Below, one piece after another: positions 39,484-51,167 of a stretch of DNA of 64,000 nucleotides. The notes below the pieces were generated by a model. The model worked only from the letters and a program-made list of their open reading frames with translations, was not told the DNA's origin and searched no databases. This stretch comes from Zancudomyces culisetae HAW-14-8 (lineage: Eukaryota; Fungi; Kickxellomycota), in NCBI GenBank assembly GCA_052426225.1, contig JBNJNM010000011.1, positions 1,488,001 through 1,552,000 on the forward strand, in the 5' to 3' direction. The stretch's first letter is position 1. Each line of letters starts with the position of its first letter. The translations under genes and the position numbers were made by a program.

Positions 39484-42141
39484 TCATACACTCCAGTCGG
39501 AAGTGTGCTTTTTACACCAAGGATGCCAAGGCACTTGAATGCCGGCTATATAAATGACTAGCGTGGTAACTGTATATACCAACAAGACAAGAACAAATCC
39601 AAACCTAATAGTACGAGCAATTCTATAACTGCTATTGCGGTTGTGATTAGTGGCAACCATGAAATCCTGCGTACTGCCACTCGAATTAGCATCGACCGAG
39701 ATGCTTTGATATGAAGGGCCGCTATTATGTCTTATGAGGAAATGTTTTTCTCCAGTTAATTTTCTTTTTACATCTTTGGATGAAGATAACAGTTTCAGAT
39801 TAGCATAGTTGCTTTCATTAGCCTCCACACTGAGATACATTGGAACAGACGAATGTCTTAGCGCGTTGTATGGAATGGTTACAGAACGCATATCTCCGAT
39901 CGATTTGTTATTGAAGTGAGGTCTACCAGACAACTGTATTTCGGAAGAATACCCACGACCATTCTTTTTGCCGAATGATGTTTTTGAAAGTATGATGTCG
40001 GCGGTATCTGTAGGAACCGATCCCTGCTCTACGTTTGGTAGTAGCACACCTGGAGTATTGGGATAGTGCGGATTGAAATCAGCTAGCTGGATCTTATTTT
40101 TACCAATTTTCTGACTGCTACAAGCATGGTCGTATGCAGGTGGATCATAGCTAGCACCTTGTGGTCCCATATCTACGGATTTCAGACTATTTCCCCCGGA
40201 TCCATCACTTGAGTTTTGCGAGTAATCGCTGTTATATGGAATTAGTGATATCGAAGGATGTCCAGCCTCAAAGCACCAATAAGGAAGCTTAGTGGTGTAT
40301 TGCTCAACTAACATTGCCACACCATATACGTATGCGTTAAACCCAAATGTCCAATATATCTATTCAACCAAACATGCAAAAAAAAAACAATTAACAGGTT
40401 TCTTAATTTTAATAAGCGAAAAGTTAGCCAACCGATACTTTTATTTGAGCCTTGGATGAAATTTGAAGAAGAAGCGAATAAATGTTTGATGCGTGATACT
40501 TACATTTTCATTATGAAACACCATATCGTATAGCCATGTAGGCCATTTTTTCTCTTTCAGAGTTATTTTGATAACCATCGGTCTAAAAAAAACAGAATCC
40601 CGTTCAGGAAAACTCATAGAAGGATTGCTTGCATTATCTTCTGCTGTAACGTGTTTCCAAAAGTCACCAATACGATCTATTCCATCCATATTGTCCTTCC
40701 GCGTTACCTTTAAGTCCATCATGACTTCTACTAAGACCGAAGGGTCATTTGCCTTATCTCTAAAATACATGTAGTTTGCGTGTGTTAGCAGTGTTGCAGC
40801 TAGCTTTTCTATAATAATCTTTCTTTGGATTTGCTGAAATATCTTGTATGGTTGTGCATTTTGTAATGAGATTCTGTTATTTCCTCCTATTTTTCCTCTC
40901 CTTTTACCAACACGGTACTCGCTGGTCAAAAAATCACCAACACCATCTAGCGGAATAAACACTCTATCTACAAAGCTGATCTCACCAGACCACCATTCTG
41001 GGACCGTCTCCATTTCTATACTAACATATTTATCATTTTCTATTGCTTGATTTTTTATCTTTTCTAGAAAAGTGTCATCTGTTTTGCTGCTATCCAAAAC
41101 ACTAGAGTCAAACAAATTGTTTGAGCTATTCTCAGCATATTCTGGAGGTATAGAGCAACTGGGATGGACCAAATTAGCTGTCATCATTGGATCTTCACTT
41201 CTCCATCTGATTTTTACAGCTTTGACTTTTTTACGACCATCAATCAACTCGTGGTAGATATCCAAGTTTTTATCAAAATACATCGTGTAATACCCCACCG
41301 GTTGCAGATTCGTCAAAGATATGTTTCCTTCATCAGAAGAGGCGTCGGGTGAGCGCTGGTAATTTGGTAAAACATTTTCTTTTTTCACTTTGTCAGAATC
41401 AGTGCTGTTCTTATAATGGCTATTGTCAATATTGAGCTCCCCACAAAAATTTGTCTCATTGATTTCTTCGTCTGTATAGTACTCCATATGTTGTAAAAGG
41501 TTTTGGACGACTATATCAGCTCGCGAAGGATCCACCCAGCCTGTCACAACAGCTTCAAATGTGTCATTATTTCTATTAATGTCAGCGTGACCCACTTCTA
41601 TTTCTCCAGCACCTCTATCTTGCAAGAAAAGATAAATCTTCATTAGCCTTCTAACGATTACCCTATCGGTAATATCTTCGTCAGAGATCGGGTATTTTTT
41701 CTTTAGTTCCATGAACTCGTCAGTAATTCCTATACCTGTCCATTCTTCATGCCGCAGGACAATTTTGCAAAAGGCAGTAAAGTTTTCTCTTCGAAATCTT
41801 ATCAGCTCAAATATCTGTGCTGTTGCAATGGCATTTACCTCTCCAGCTTCGCCAATAGTTACCTCTTGTCCCTCGAAATCTAAATGTTTTAGTGAGTGGA
41901 TCAGTTTCTCGCAGTACTCTAGTTCCTCCCACAGCACTCCAAGTGTATAATTTACAAATTCGCTCACTTTTTTCAGTTGCTCCTCCAACATATCTAAAAA
42001 AAACCCTTTTTCTGCATTTCCATATCCGGCACCCTCGATATTATAGGATATATACTCCATTAATCTATTATACTCTACATAGTATGCCCTCCACTCTATA
42101 TAGGCTGGTACTCCCAGCCTGAAGTTATCCTCGAGCGCCAT
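39484..42141 (-). CDS. Divergent Vtc4-like protein (degenerate SPX, catalytically dead VTC domain, single C-terminal TM), about 837 aa; intron 40503-40360
   Basis: Aligns by eye to the neighbouring Vtc4: EWRAYYVEYNRL, GWVDPS, MYFD, KIRW, WSGEISFVDR, TRKDNMDGIDRIGDFWK, FPERDSVFF and YVYGVAMLVE..TKLPYW. A GT-AG intron joins the two ORFs in frame. Confidence 0.85.
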
Positions 42142-44376
42142 TTCTAGTTGGAAAACTTTATTTTTCTTGAGTTAGTGTAAATTCTCTTGCTATTGATATT
42201 TATATGAAACAAGTGCTATTTTGATAAGGCGTACCATTTGATATACTATTGGGGAGGTGTTTATTAAAGTAAATATTGTTCTCTAGGTTATTTTTTCATT
42301 TTTTTGATGCTATTTATACTCTTAATTGAAGGTGTGAGATTACTAATGAAAACCAGCTCAAAACAAAAGATTTTATTGATGCGGGCTTGTTTTCTTTATA
42401 AAAAAAAAAGTTTGCTGGGTTATGTAAACCAGGCTTCATGCCAAAAAAAGCCCTGCTTATCGATATACCCACCTTTTGCAAAACAAAACATTACCTGGTA
42501 GCACTATGTTTAGGGCTTATTAATTCCTGTGACTTTTTTTCTTGGACTTTTCAAATGCGACTATTATTCCTTAAAGTGGAATTAAAGCTACCGATTCGCC
42601 AGTGTGTGTTTGTGATACACAAACCGGGACACGTGTTCCATGAGGTTTGTGCTTATTTCTGCGACACTTTCTACTACCACTATTACATCTAGGTTCGCCT
42701 CCACTCCTACTCCTGCTGCTATCACCTTTTCTAACTCTCTATCTGTAAAAATGCTGCTCTACAACTAGATTGGCCGATCAGTACTAGAAAGTAACTTCAG
42801 CTAACTAAGGGAAAGCCAAGATTGCACTTCATCGGCAACAAATGAGATTCATCACCAATTAGTAAGAAAGCTGCCCAACAAGGAGAACGGAATCCTTTCT
42901 CAACCCGGAAGTAGTAGTGTGTTGGTAGACATGTTCTATACAAACCATGTTTACATGTGTATCTGGTTTATGTAATTTCTTGTTATGGGTTTTTGTAACT
43001 TGCAAGTGTACATAACAAGATGTATATCAAGCTCAAACCAATTAGCTCCGAGATCATCCAGCTATTGGGGATTTTGCGTAGCAATGGTAAACGAAAATGG
43101 CCAGTATTATGTAATTTTTTTATTTATGTACAAACCAAAATCCTTAAAGACTGGATTTTTTTTACTTTATTACTGGTATTATTTTTTTTTGTTGGTAAGA
43201 TTTGGTTAATATCTGTTATAGTAGTTTTTAAAATCTTTGTTTTAGCGTTTGCTAGTTGAGAGCAACCTTCAGCGAAAGAGATATACCCACTAAACAACCG
43301 AACCTGTGAGCTATACTACTATTTGTTTGTTTTAAATTGGCTTCATTCAGGACAAGATCAGTTCTAAAGAGAAGTCTGTGCTTCCTACCAACATTCTTGG
43401 AGATGATCGTGATGAAATGAAGGAGTGCGAGGAGTTGCAATTGCTACTCAGATGTTTGTGTTGTTGCCTGAACTATTTTGGCAAAAGATATTTTTTTCAG
43501 GGCTCCTTGGTGTGTATGAATTAAGAATAGTATCTAACAAATACCATTTAATCGTGGTTTACCTGTTTTATATTTTTCTGTATTTTTCCGTCTTACTCAG
43601 CAGTACATTTGTTTATGTTTTAAACTATTACCAAATTTTTTTAGAAATACACTAATAGATATTTAATATACAGTGAGAATGTTGGGAGGTGGGGAATACA
43701 AAAATACGCTTATTTTACGAATTGTGATAATTACAATTGTTTTTGCGTATTGAAATGTCCAGTACTCACATTACACCACCATATATGCCACTGATACGTG
43801 ACTCACGCTTTTGGTTATTCTTAACAGTATAATTCTTTTTAGGTGAAGGGATCTAAAAACAACATCACGTGTATGTGCACAGCCATTGTCCTAAATGAAC
43901 AATGCTCTTCAAAAAGCTCATTAATATTCCTCAGACCTGTTTTTTGTTTCAATTTCGATCAAAATCATAGTGATCATAAAACGCACAAATATATATGTAT
44001 GTATATGCTTTATCGAGTTACAGATAACCTTATCCCATGTTTCGAAAAGGGTACCCAAGAAAAACGCACAAGAGTAAATCAATTGCAGTTTTGCCGTCCC
44101 GCAAATCGAACTTTTGCATTTAAAAAAGGCATTTGTACCAATAAACACTGCTATTTCGGAGTGGGCCAAAGCCAGCTTTATTTTTGTGACGAAGGATTGG
44201 ACAGGAGATATCAAAATTGATCCTATTAAACTACGAGAGTTGCATAAACTATTTCCCTCATTTCTCCATGGCATTTCCTTCAAAAACGATAGTAATTGTG
44301 GTTTAAATAAAGCATTCAAAAATCACATATATATAGTAATTTGAGATCCAAAATTACGGCAAACATACTAGCTTAA

Positions 44377-44774
<398 letters not shown>

Positions 44775-45233
44775 AAAGCTGTCTATGTCTTTTTTTGATA
44801 AGTTGCTATAGAATCTAACAAGCACATTTTCTAGTTCTGAGATGATCCTTTAGGGAAACCAGCCTTTTCTTTACCATAATGTAAATACGCGTTTTTGAAT
44901 AAAACCCAATTACGGCTCAAAAAAAAGAGTTATACAGGAGGCAAATTAGCATATGCTTTCTCATTCCTCCCGTATATAATCCTGTGGAATTGAATATATG
45001 TATTTACCTCGCTTCACCCGCTTTAAGCTGTAGCCATTGGCTGAAACTATTATTGGAGGTAGATAGGCTTGGCAAAGGGAAATGATGCTAAAAATTAAGA
45101 TGGATAAACAATTTATGTACTAAACCGACGAACATAGGCGTGTCAAACGCTGAATCTATAAACAGTTGGTAAGCTATCAATAATATTTACAATATAGAAG
45201 CGGTGTGATGGGTAAAAAGACAAAAAATCAAAA

Positions 45234-47256
45234 CTATTCGACTACCCGGGCCTTCTTTTTTGATATGAATGACGAATCATCATTGCCCTCTTCGCCATCA
45301 CCTTCGCCATCATCAGCATTACTCTCTTCGTTTACTTCTTCACTGAGTGTCGAGATTGGGTCACCCTCTGCTTTATTAAGAAGGTTGGCCTTTCTGTTGC
45401 TCAAAAAACTAGTTACAGCAGATTGGTAAAACGAATCATTTAGCGACCGTATTTTCTGTTGGTGTTCGGCAAGTCGCAGGAGATCAGATTTTAAAGATTC
45501 CACCTTGTTTTTTAGAGAGTTCTGAGAATCTCTATCAAGTTTTTCCGATAGAATAGAGGAAGAGAAGCGTAGGTCACCAAATAAGCTTGTGGAAAACTCG
45601 GATTCTAAAGAGGAGAAAATAGATAATCTGGGACTCATAGGAAAATCAGATAGTAATTCCCTTGTATCTTTTACATAAAACTTTGAGAGCTGGCCAGTCT
45701 CGTGCTGTTCGGTGGGGTTGCTGAGATCTAGAGTTGGGGTTTGAACCCTTTTAAAAGGTGATATTAGAGGTGCTTTTAAAGTTTTACTGGTGGCGGAGGC
45801 AGATCGGAGCTGAAAGTGTGATGTGTTATAACCATCCTTGAGTCCGTAAGATACAATCCCACCACCTGAAATAGAATCCACAACACCTTTCACACCACCA
45901 AAATTAGACCCTCTCAACGTAACCACAACCTGCGGTACGCCAGAGTGAACACCACCAAGGGTCCCTTTTTGTGTCCCATTCGCCGTATTTTGCCGCTTTT
46001 TTGCCTCGGTTATGGTCCTAATACACTGTCTACTTGTAGTATCCCAAATTTTTATTGTAGAATCCTTACTCCCAGAAACCAAAAGTGTCGCATCCATCGA
46101 AAGTGATAGTGACTGGATAGCTCCACCATGGCCCTGAAATACTTTTTCGTTATGACTACTACCTGATGCCTGAGCAGCTCTGGTGTACAGAGATGTATTG
46201 CTTTTGGTCTTCGCTGCGAGTCCCACCTCAACCACAGCGTTATTTCCACCTACCGCTATCGGGCCGCCAGCAACTGCTTCTTGTTGAAAGTTGTACAAAT
46301 TAATTTGATAAATGTTTCCGTCCTGGCATCCAGTAAATATTTTGGTTTCTGCTGGGTCTACAACAATACACTCAACTGCATTTGGTAGCAACCAAGTAGT
46401 TAACAACTCTGCTGAATATGGTTTCTTATCAATAGCCTGTGTTGTGCTGTCCATGTGGGTACTTCTTTTGTTTGCAGAGCTTCCCACCAGTTTCCAGCAT
46501 CTAACGCTTCTATCCTTGCTACTACTGAAGATCCGGATCCCACCGCTATAGAAGTGTCCTTCAGAATTACCCACTGGTCCCACAACAATACTTGATATTG
46601 GCATTGTATGCCCAGACAGTGTTGTTTCCGGTGAACTCGGCTCGCTGTTTTCCAAATCCAGTACACTATTTTTGAAATAAAAGCGAATAGCTATATAAAT
46701 ATGTGCAGATTGTACAACATATACATGAAACCGCTTGCAACTAAGCAGAATGCCTATAATATCATTTTAAGAAATAAATCCGTTACCTCGAGAGTAGCCA
46801 AACATGAATTTCTGCATCGTCTCCACCAGATAAAACAGTTGAGCCATCATTACTGACTGTGATGACATTTACACATCCATAATGTGCATCCCATGCTTTC
46901 AAAAGGATCCCACTACTAGAACTCCAGATGTACAGTCTGCCATTTTCAGATCCTCCGAAAACATATTCCCCATTATTGCTTACAGCCACACATTTTATTT
47001 TTTCGGGCAGTGGAAACTTTATTTTCGAATTTTGCTCTGCCCAACCGAATGTGTAAAGTTGAGCCAAAGCTGTATGAGAAGGCACGGCAAATAACCAAGG
47101 ATGGCTCCTGGCATTACTCTTTTCCGTAATACAAAAACCGAATGGGGAATCGATTTGGGCATTCGCTAAAATCGCAAGCGGTGTGCCCGAACGTAGTTCG
47201 TAGACATGTATGTTTCCCGTATCTGCTACTCCTGCTACCACAATCTCTGAAAACAT
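45234..47256 (-). CDS. IPI3: WD40 pre-rRNA processing protein Ipi3/WDR18 (Rix1 complex); intron 46786-46666
   Basis: PLPEKIKCVAVSNNGEYVFGGSENGRLYIW..SGILLKAWDAHY, LSGHTMPISSI, WD repeats and a C-terminal coiled coil. Confidence 0.88.
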
Positions 47257-48078
47257 CCGTTCTTCCTTTTTTTGTTTCTTTTTATCCTGTTTTTTAATTA
47301 CTAAAAGTTGTTGAGTGAACTGGAATGAAACCTTGAGTTTGCAAAGCTTTGTAAAACTTTTCAAATTTTAACCAGAATTTACGCGCATTTTGAAAACCAC
47401 AAAAAAAAATTTTTTATAGTATGAATCGGAAAATTGACGAATTCTAATGAGATCAAAACGCAATATTTGGAAAATTAATGAACAATCAACTGGCCAATAC
47501 ATAGTTGAAAGAGCGAGATGGGTAATTGTTAGCTCGGGTTTTTTGTATAAGCTATAACAGATCTGATAAACCCCAGAAATAAGGATAATTAAATGATATA
47601 TAATTCTTTGCCTCTGGAATCAAATTTTTATTTTTTTTGAGGGAGGGGGGCCGTGATGAGATGGAGTGAGGTGGGCACATATGTGTTTGAGTGCGGCTTT
47701 TCGGGCACTTGTTGGATCAATTTAAGGTAGGTTCAGCTTTTTTTTTAAATATTGGGGAGGGGAAGAATTGTTGAGCTGGTTGTGGCTATTTTCAATTAAT
47801 GCCAAAAGTTCCGCAATGTTGGGGTCGTGAAGCAAGTGTATATCCAAAATAAGTGTGGTATTTTTGGTTATATCTGCTAAATATGTTAAAGCATACATAA
47901 ATTATATTAGTAAAATCTTATCAGCATTTTTGACATTAATTTTCGAGGCTGTTGGGTCAATACTCTTTAGCAACTAAAGTATATTGCTACAACGCTCATT
48001 TAAAATTTTGGTTTTTTGTAAAAATTGGTGTTCTTTTACTTGTAACGCACTTTGTGTTGGATTGTCTTTAAAAAAAAG

Positions 48079-48086
48079 TATAAATA
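48079..48086 (+). promoter_or_regulatory. TATA box of the secreted peptide precursor gene
   Basis: TATAAATA about 100 bp upstream of ATG 48188. Confidence 0.5.
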
Positions 48087-48187
48087 CACTTGATTTCCGT
48101 ATCAAATGTTGTATCCATATCAAGAGTTCAAGCTTTAAACCAAGTGAAGACCTAAACCGAAAAAAAACAAAGTAAATCTGAACAAAG

Positions 48188-48595
48188 ATGTTTGCAGCTA
48201 TCAGAAACGTATTCAAAATGGGCGCAGTACTTATGGTGCTATTTGCTGTAGTTACATTTTCAGCATTAGTAAAGGCATATCCAGGAAGTCACCGCGATAG
48301 AACGGCCGTTGGTGGGTATGGAGGGGTATATAGAGGTGGGAACGGCTACGCTCCTTATGGATATGACGACGCACATGCGAGCAATAGTGGCGATGTCTAT
48401 GAGGACGATGTCTATGAGGATGATGTTTATGAGGATGATGTTTATGAGGATGACGTTTATGAGGATGATGTTTATGAGGATGACGTTTATGAGGATGATG
48501 TCTATGAGGATGACGACGGACGTTTGATGACCAAAAGAGAATGGATGGATACTTTGTGGCATGTTGCAAAAGGTGCGCTAGGGGCACTATTGTAA
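48188..48595 (+). CDS. Secreted prepro-peptide: signal peptide, Gly/Tyr segment, (DVYED)8 spacer, KR site, amphipathic 18-mer EWMDTLWHVAKGALGALL
   Basis: Hydrophobic N-terminus ending in VKA|YP. The repeat varies only at synonymous positions. A dibasic KR precedes the terminal peptide, and a TATA box lies upstream. Confidence 0.85.
   Translation: MFAAIRNVFKMGAVLMVLFAVVTFSALVKAYPGSHRDRTAVGGYGGVYRGGNGYAPYGYDDAHASNSGDVYEDDVYEDDVYEDDVYEDDVYEDDVYEDDVYEDDVYEDDDGRLMTKREWMDTLWHVAKGALGALL
48392..48511 (+). repeat. 15-bp coding tandem repeat GAYGTYTATGAGGAY x8
   Basis: Eight adjacent units. All differences are third-position T/C. Confidence 0.95.
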
Positions 48596-50237
48596 TATGT
48601 ACAATGTCATGTCTCATTAATGATACAACAAAGTATCAACACTTATTATTATAATTTTTTTTCAGGATTTAGCTAGCATAGCTATAAACTTCTTTCACAT
48701 TATAGGTACAGCTACTTTGATTCAATAATATTTTAATGTCAAATGGCAAGTAAAAGCAGCAATAAATTCAGCTCTAACAAATATGCATTTTTAACAAAAA
48801 ATTGTAATTTCTATGCTTTCAGTTAGTGCATTCACATAGTATAGTGATATAGCTAATGATCTTTAAAATTCAGTTGATGAATAAAACACATAGATCAAGC
48901 GTAATATAAACAAGATAACACAAATATGTGTATATATGTATATCATAATAGTGGCGTTTATTTTTTTAGCCTTTAAGGGTTATAACCGCCAAGTTATTGT
49001 AAAATTCTAAAACGAAAACAAATACAAAAATGCTCCAAGGCGCCAAACCGAAACGGTACTAGTGGCACGTGTCCAATAATTTGCTGGTGGTTTTGGATAT
49101 ACACACAATCCAATATTTCGTACAGCGGCACTTTTTTTTGACCAGAAAAAGAATAAACTCTAACATGGCTATGTGATAGGAAGTAATATAAATAGGTAAA
49201 CTCTAAGACGAGGTTGTCCCCAACCTCGCACTTTCTGAAAATCAAATTAATTTCTGCTGAACACAAGATATACTCAATTTTTTACTTTGTTTTGCTTCGG
49301 TATGTTACTAATCACTGTGAATGTGATGTTTATATATGTCCCAACTCTGTGCCCCATTTCGACCTAGATAGAAAACTTGGAGTTTCCTTCCCAGATGAAT
49401 AAAGCGTGTAACTAGAAATCGGTAATGTTAATAATAATAAAAAAACAAGGTGGGTGGTCCAATACAATGTTTAACCCAGTCTTATGAGCAAAACAAAAGG
49501 AAACAATCAGCTTTTTGATTTGTTTGCCAATTACAGGCCGAGGCTTTAGTAAATCGAAAAATTGTGTGAGGCATCGCAGAGTAATTCTGAGGATTTAGGG
49601 AGTAGTTTCCACAAAAATTTTTTTTTGGTTGAAATTTGTTCGCATAATCCCATTTTCTCACTAATTGCATTTAAATTAGGCGGAAAGTACGGTTTGAACA
49701 AAGTTGCTAGCTCGATTGGCTAAAAAAAAAATCAATGGTATTTAATAATAATATTCTTTTTTTAGTAATTATCAACTGTCCCCTTTTAGAATTTTTGTAC
49801 ATTATAAGCGGATATATGCAAATTCTAAAACGTGAAAAAGTATAAAGCTTGAATTTACTACAGATAAGCCTTTTAAAATCGGATATATATCCCTCTTAGT
49901 AAAATAATTATACATATTGTTGTGTTAAATCTTTCAATCGCAGTACAAAAAGGTGTCTGGTGAAAGGTAAATGTGAATTTTTTAATGAATTTTGCTTGGT
50001 AGTTGCTTTTACTATCAATTTTGAATGTTTAAAAGTGCGTACCAAATATAATCTTGCATCGCCTTTATGCGATCCCTTTTTCTTAGGTAGCGATGTTTGT
50101 GTTGCTTAAAAAATGATTTATATAAGAAAAAGCTATCTTTGATAATAAAATAAAAAACGCTTAAAAGAAGGTATTGTGATATTAATAGAGAGCTTCGACA
50201 AACACAAAAGTATCTATATACACATATACTCAGGAAA

Positions 50238-51128
50238 ATGCCTATTAAGGGAAAAATTGGAAAAGGGGAAGGTCTACTGTCCAACTATCTGGGAAAAATA
50301 TCTATGGTAATTGGTGTTATAGTACTGCTACCGATCACGATCCCAATTATTAGTAAGTATACACGCCTGCACTGTTAGTAGGGTGAATCAGATGTTATAA
50401 GGAGTTTACGTAGGCTGGGTGGTTAAAAATATATAAGCGATTCTGAATCTTATAACAAAAACGCATAGGTGTCATTTACATGTTGGTATGGCTATATTCA
50501 TGGAAGCATGGTAGGTATCAGTATAAATTCACGAGTATACAGGGATTTAAACAAAACCAGTTCTAGAATTTTGACTTTATTTTTTAAAAACCAAATAGAC
50601 AAGAACGTACAGAGGGATGGGGTATATGGGTTGCCAATTCATCCGATTAAAGTTTACAAACGCGCAAAAGCACTCCTTTTAGGAGTGTTGGACGGACTGG
50701 GCGGACCAACGATACCGATATTTTTTGCTTTCTTCAAACGTAGGCTAATGTCAAGAAAGATAGTTAGCGATACCTCAATGTACGTGGTGCATTTTTACAT
50801 CTTTAATAAGGAAAACTAAAATAGATTCAAAAGAAAAAGTTATTCATTTAAAAATTAAAATTTAAAACGACTTTAGAAGCGGAATTCAGTATGGACCCTT
50901 GCCTAGACACAAAATGGAGCTATTCGTGCCACTGGGGCTCAAAAAGGGAAAAGAAGAACGAAACTCTTCTGAGAAGGGAGCAGATCAAGACGCCTCAAAG
51001 GATTATCCGGTAATTATTGTATTTCCAGGATACAGCTGGAATAATACTGGTAAGTTAAATGAAGACAAGAGATGACAACCCCAGAAGACGAGTGATGATA
51101 TTTAGAGGTGCATTGTTGAGAAGAAGAG

Positions 51129-51167
<39 letters not shown>

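Noticed and set aside
43843-44344. Overlapping 76-132 aa ORFs upstream of MDM35
   Set aside because: No recognisable motifs or coding-like bias; probably chance ORFs.
48392-48511. CRISPR-like array
   Set aside because: The units are contiguous with no spacers, are coding, and sit in a eukaryotic context.
48188-48595. Dikaritin/ustiloxin-type RiPP precursor cluster
   Set aside because: The Tyr-containing repeats are not separated by KR sites, and no DUF3328, tyrosinase or other tailoring gene flanks the ORF. The neighbours are IPI3 and a pseudo-hydrolase.
48252-48617. His/Pro-rich, Ile-rich and Met-rich ORFs in other frames
   Set aside because: These are shadows of the 15-bp repeat. Variation is silent only in the DVYED frame, which also has the signal peptide.
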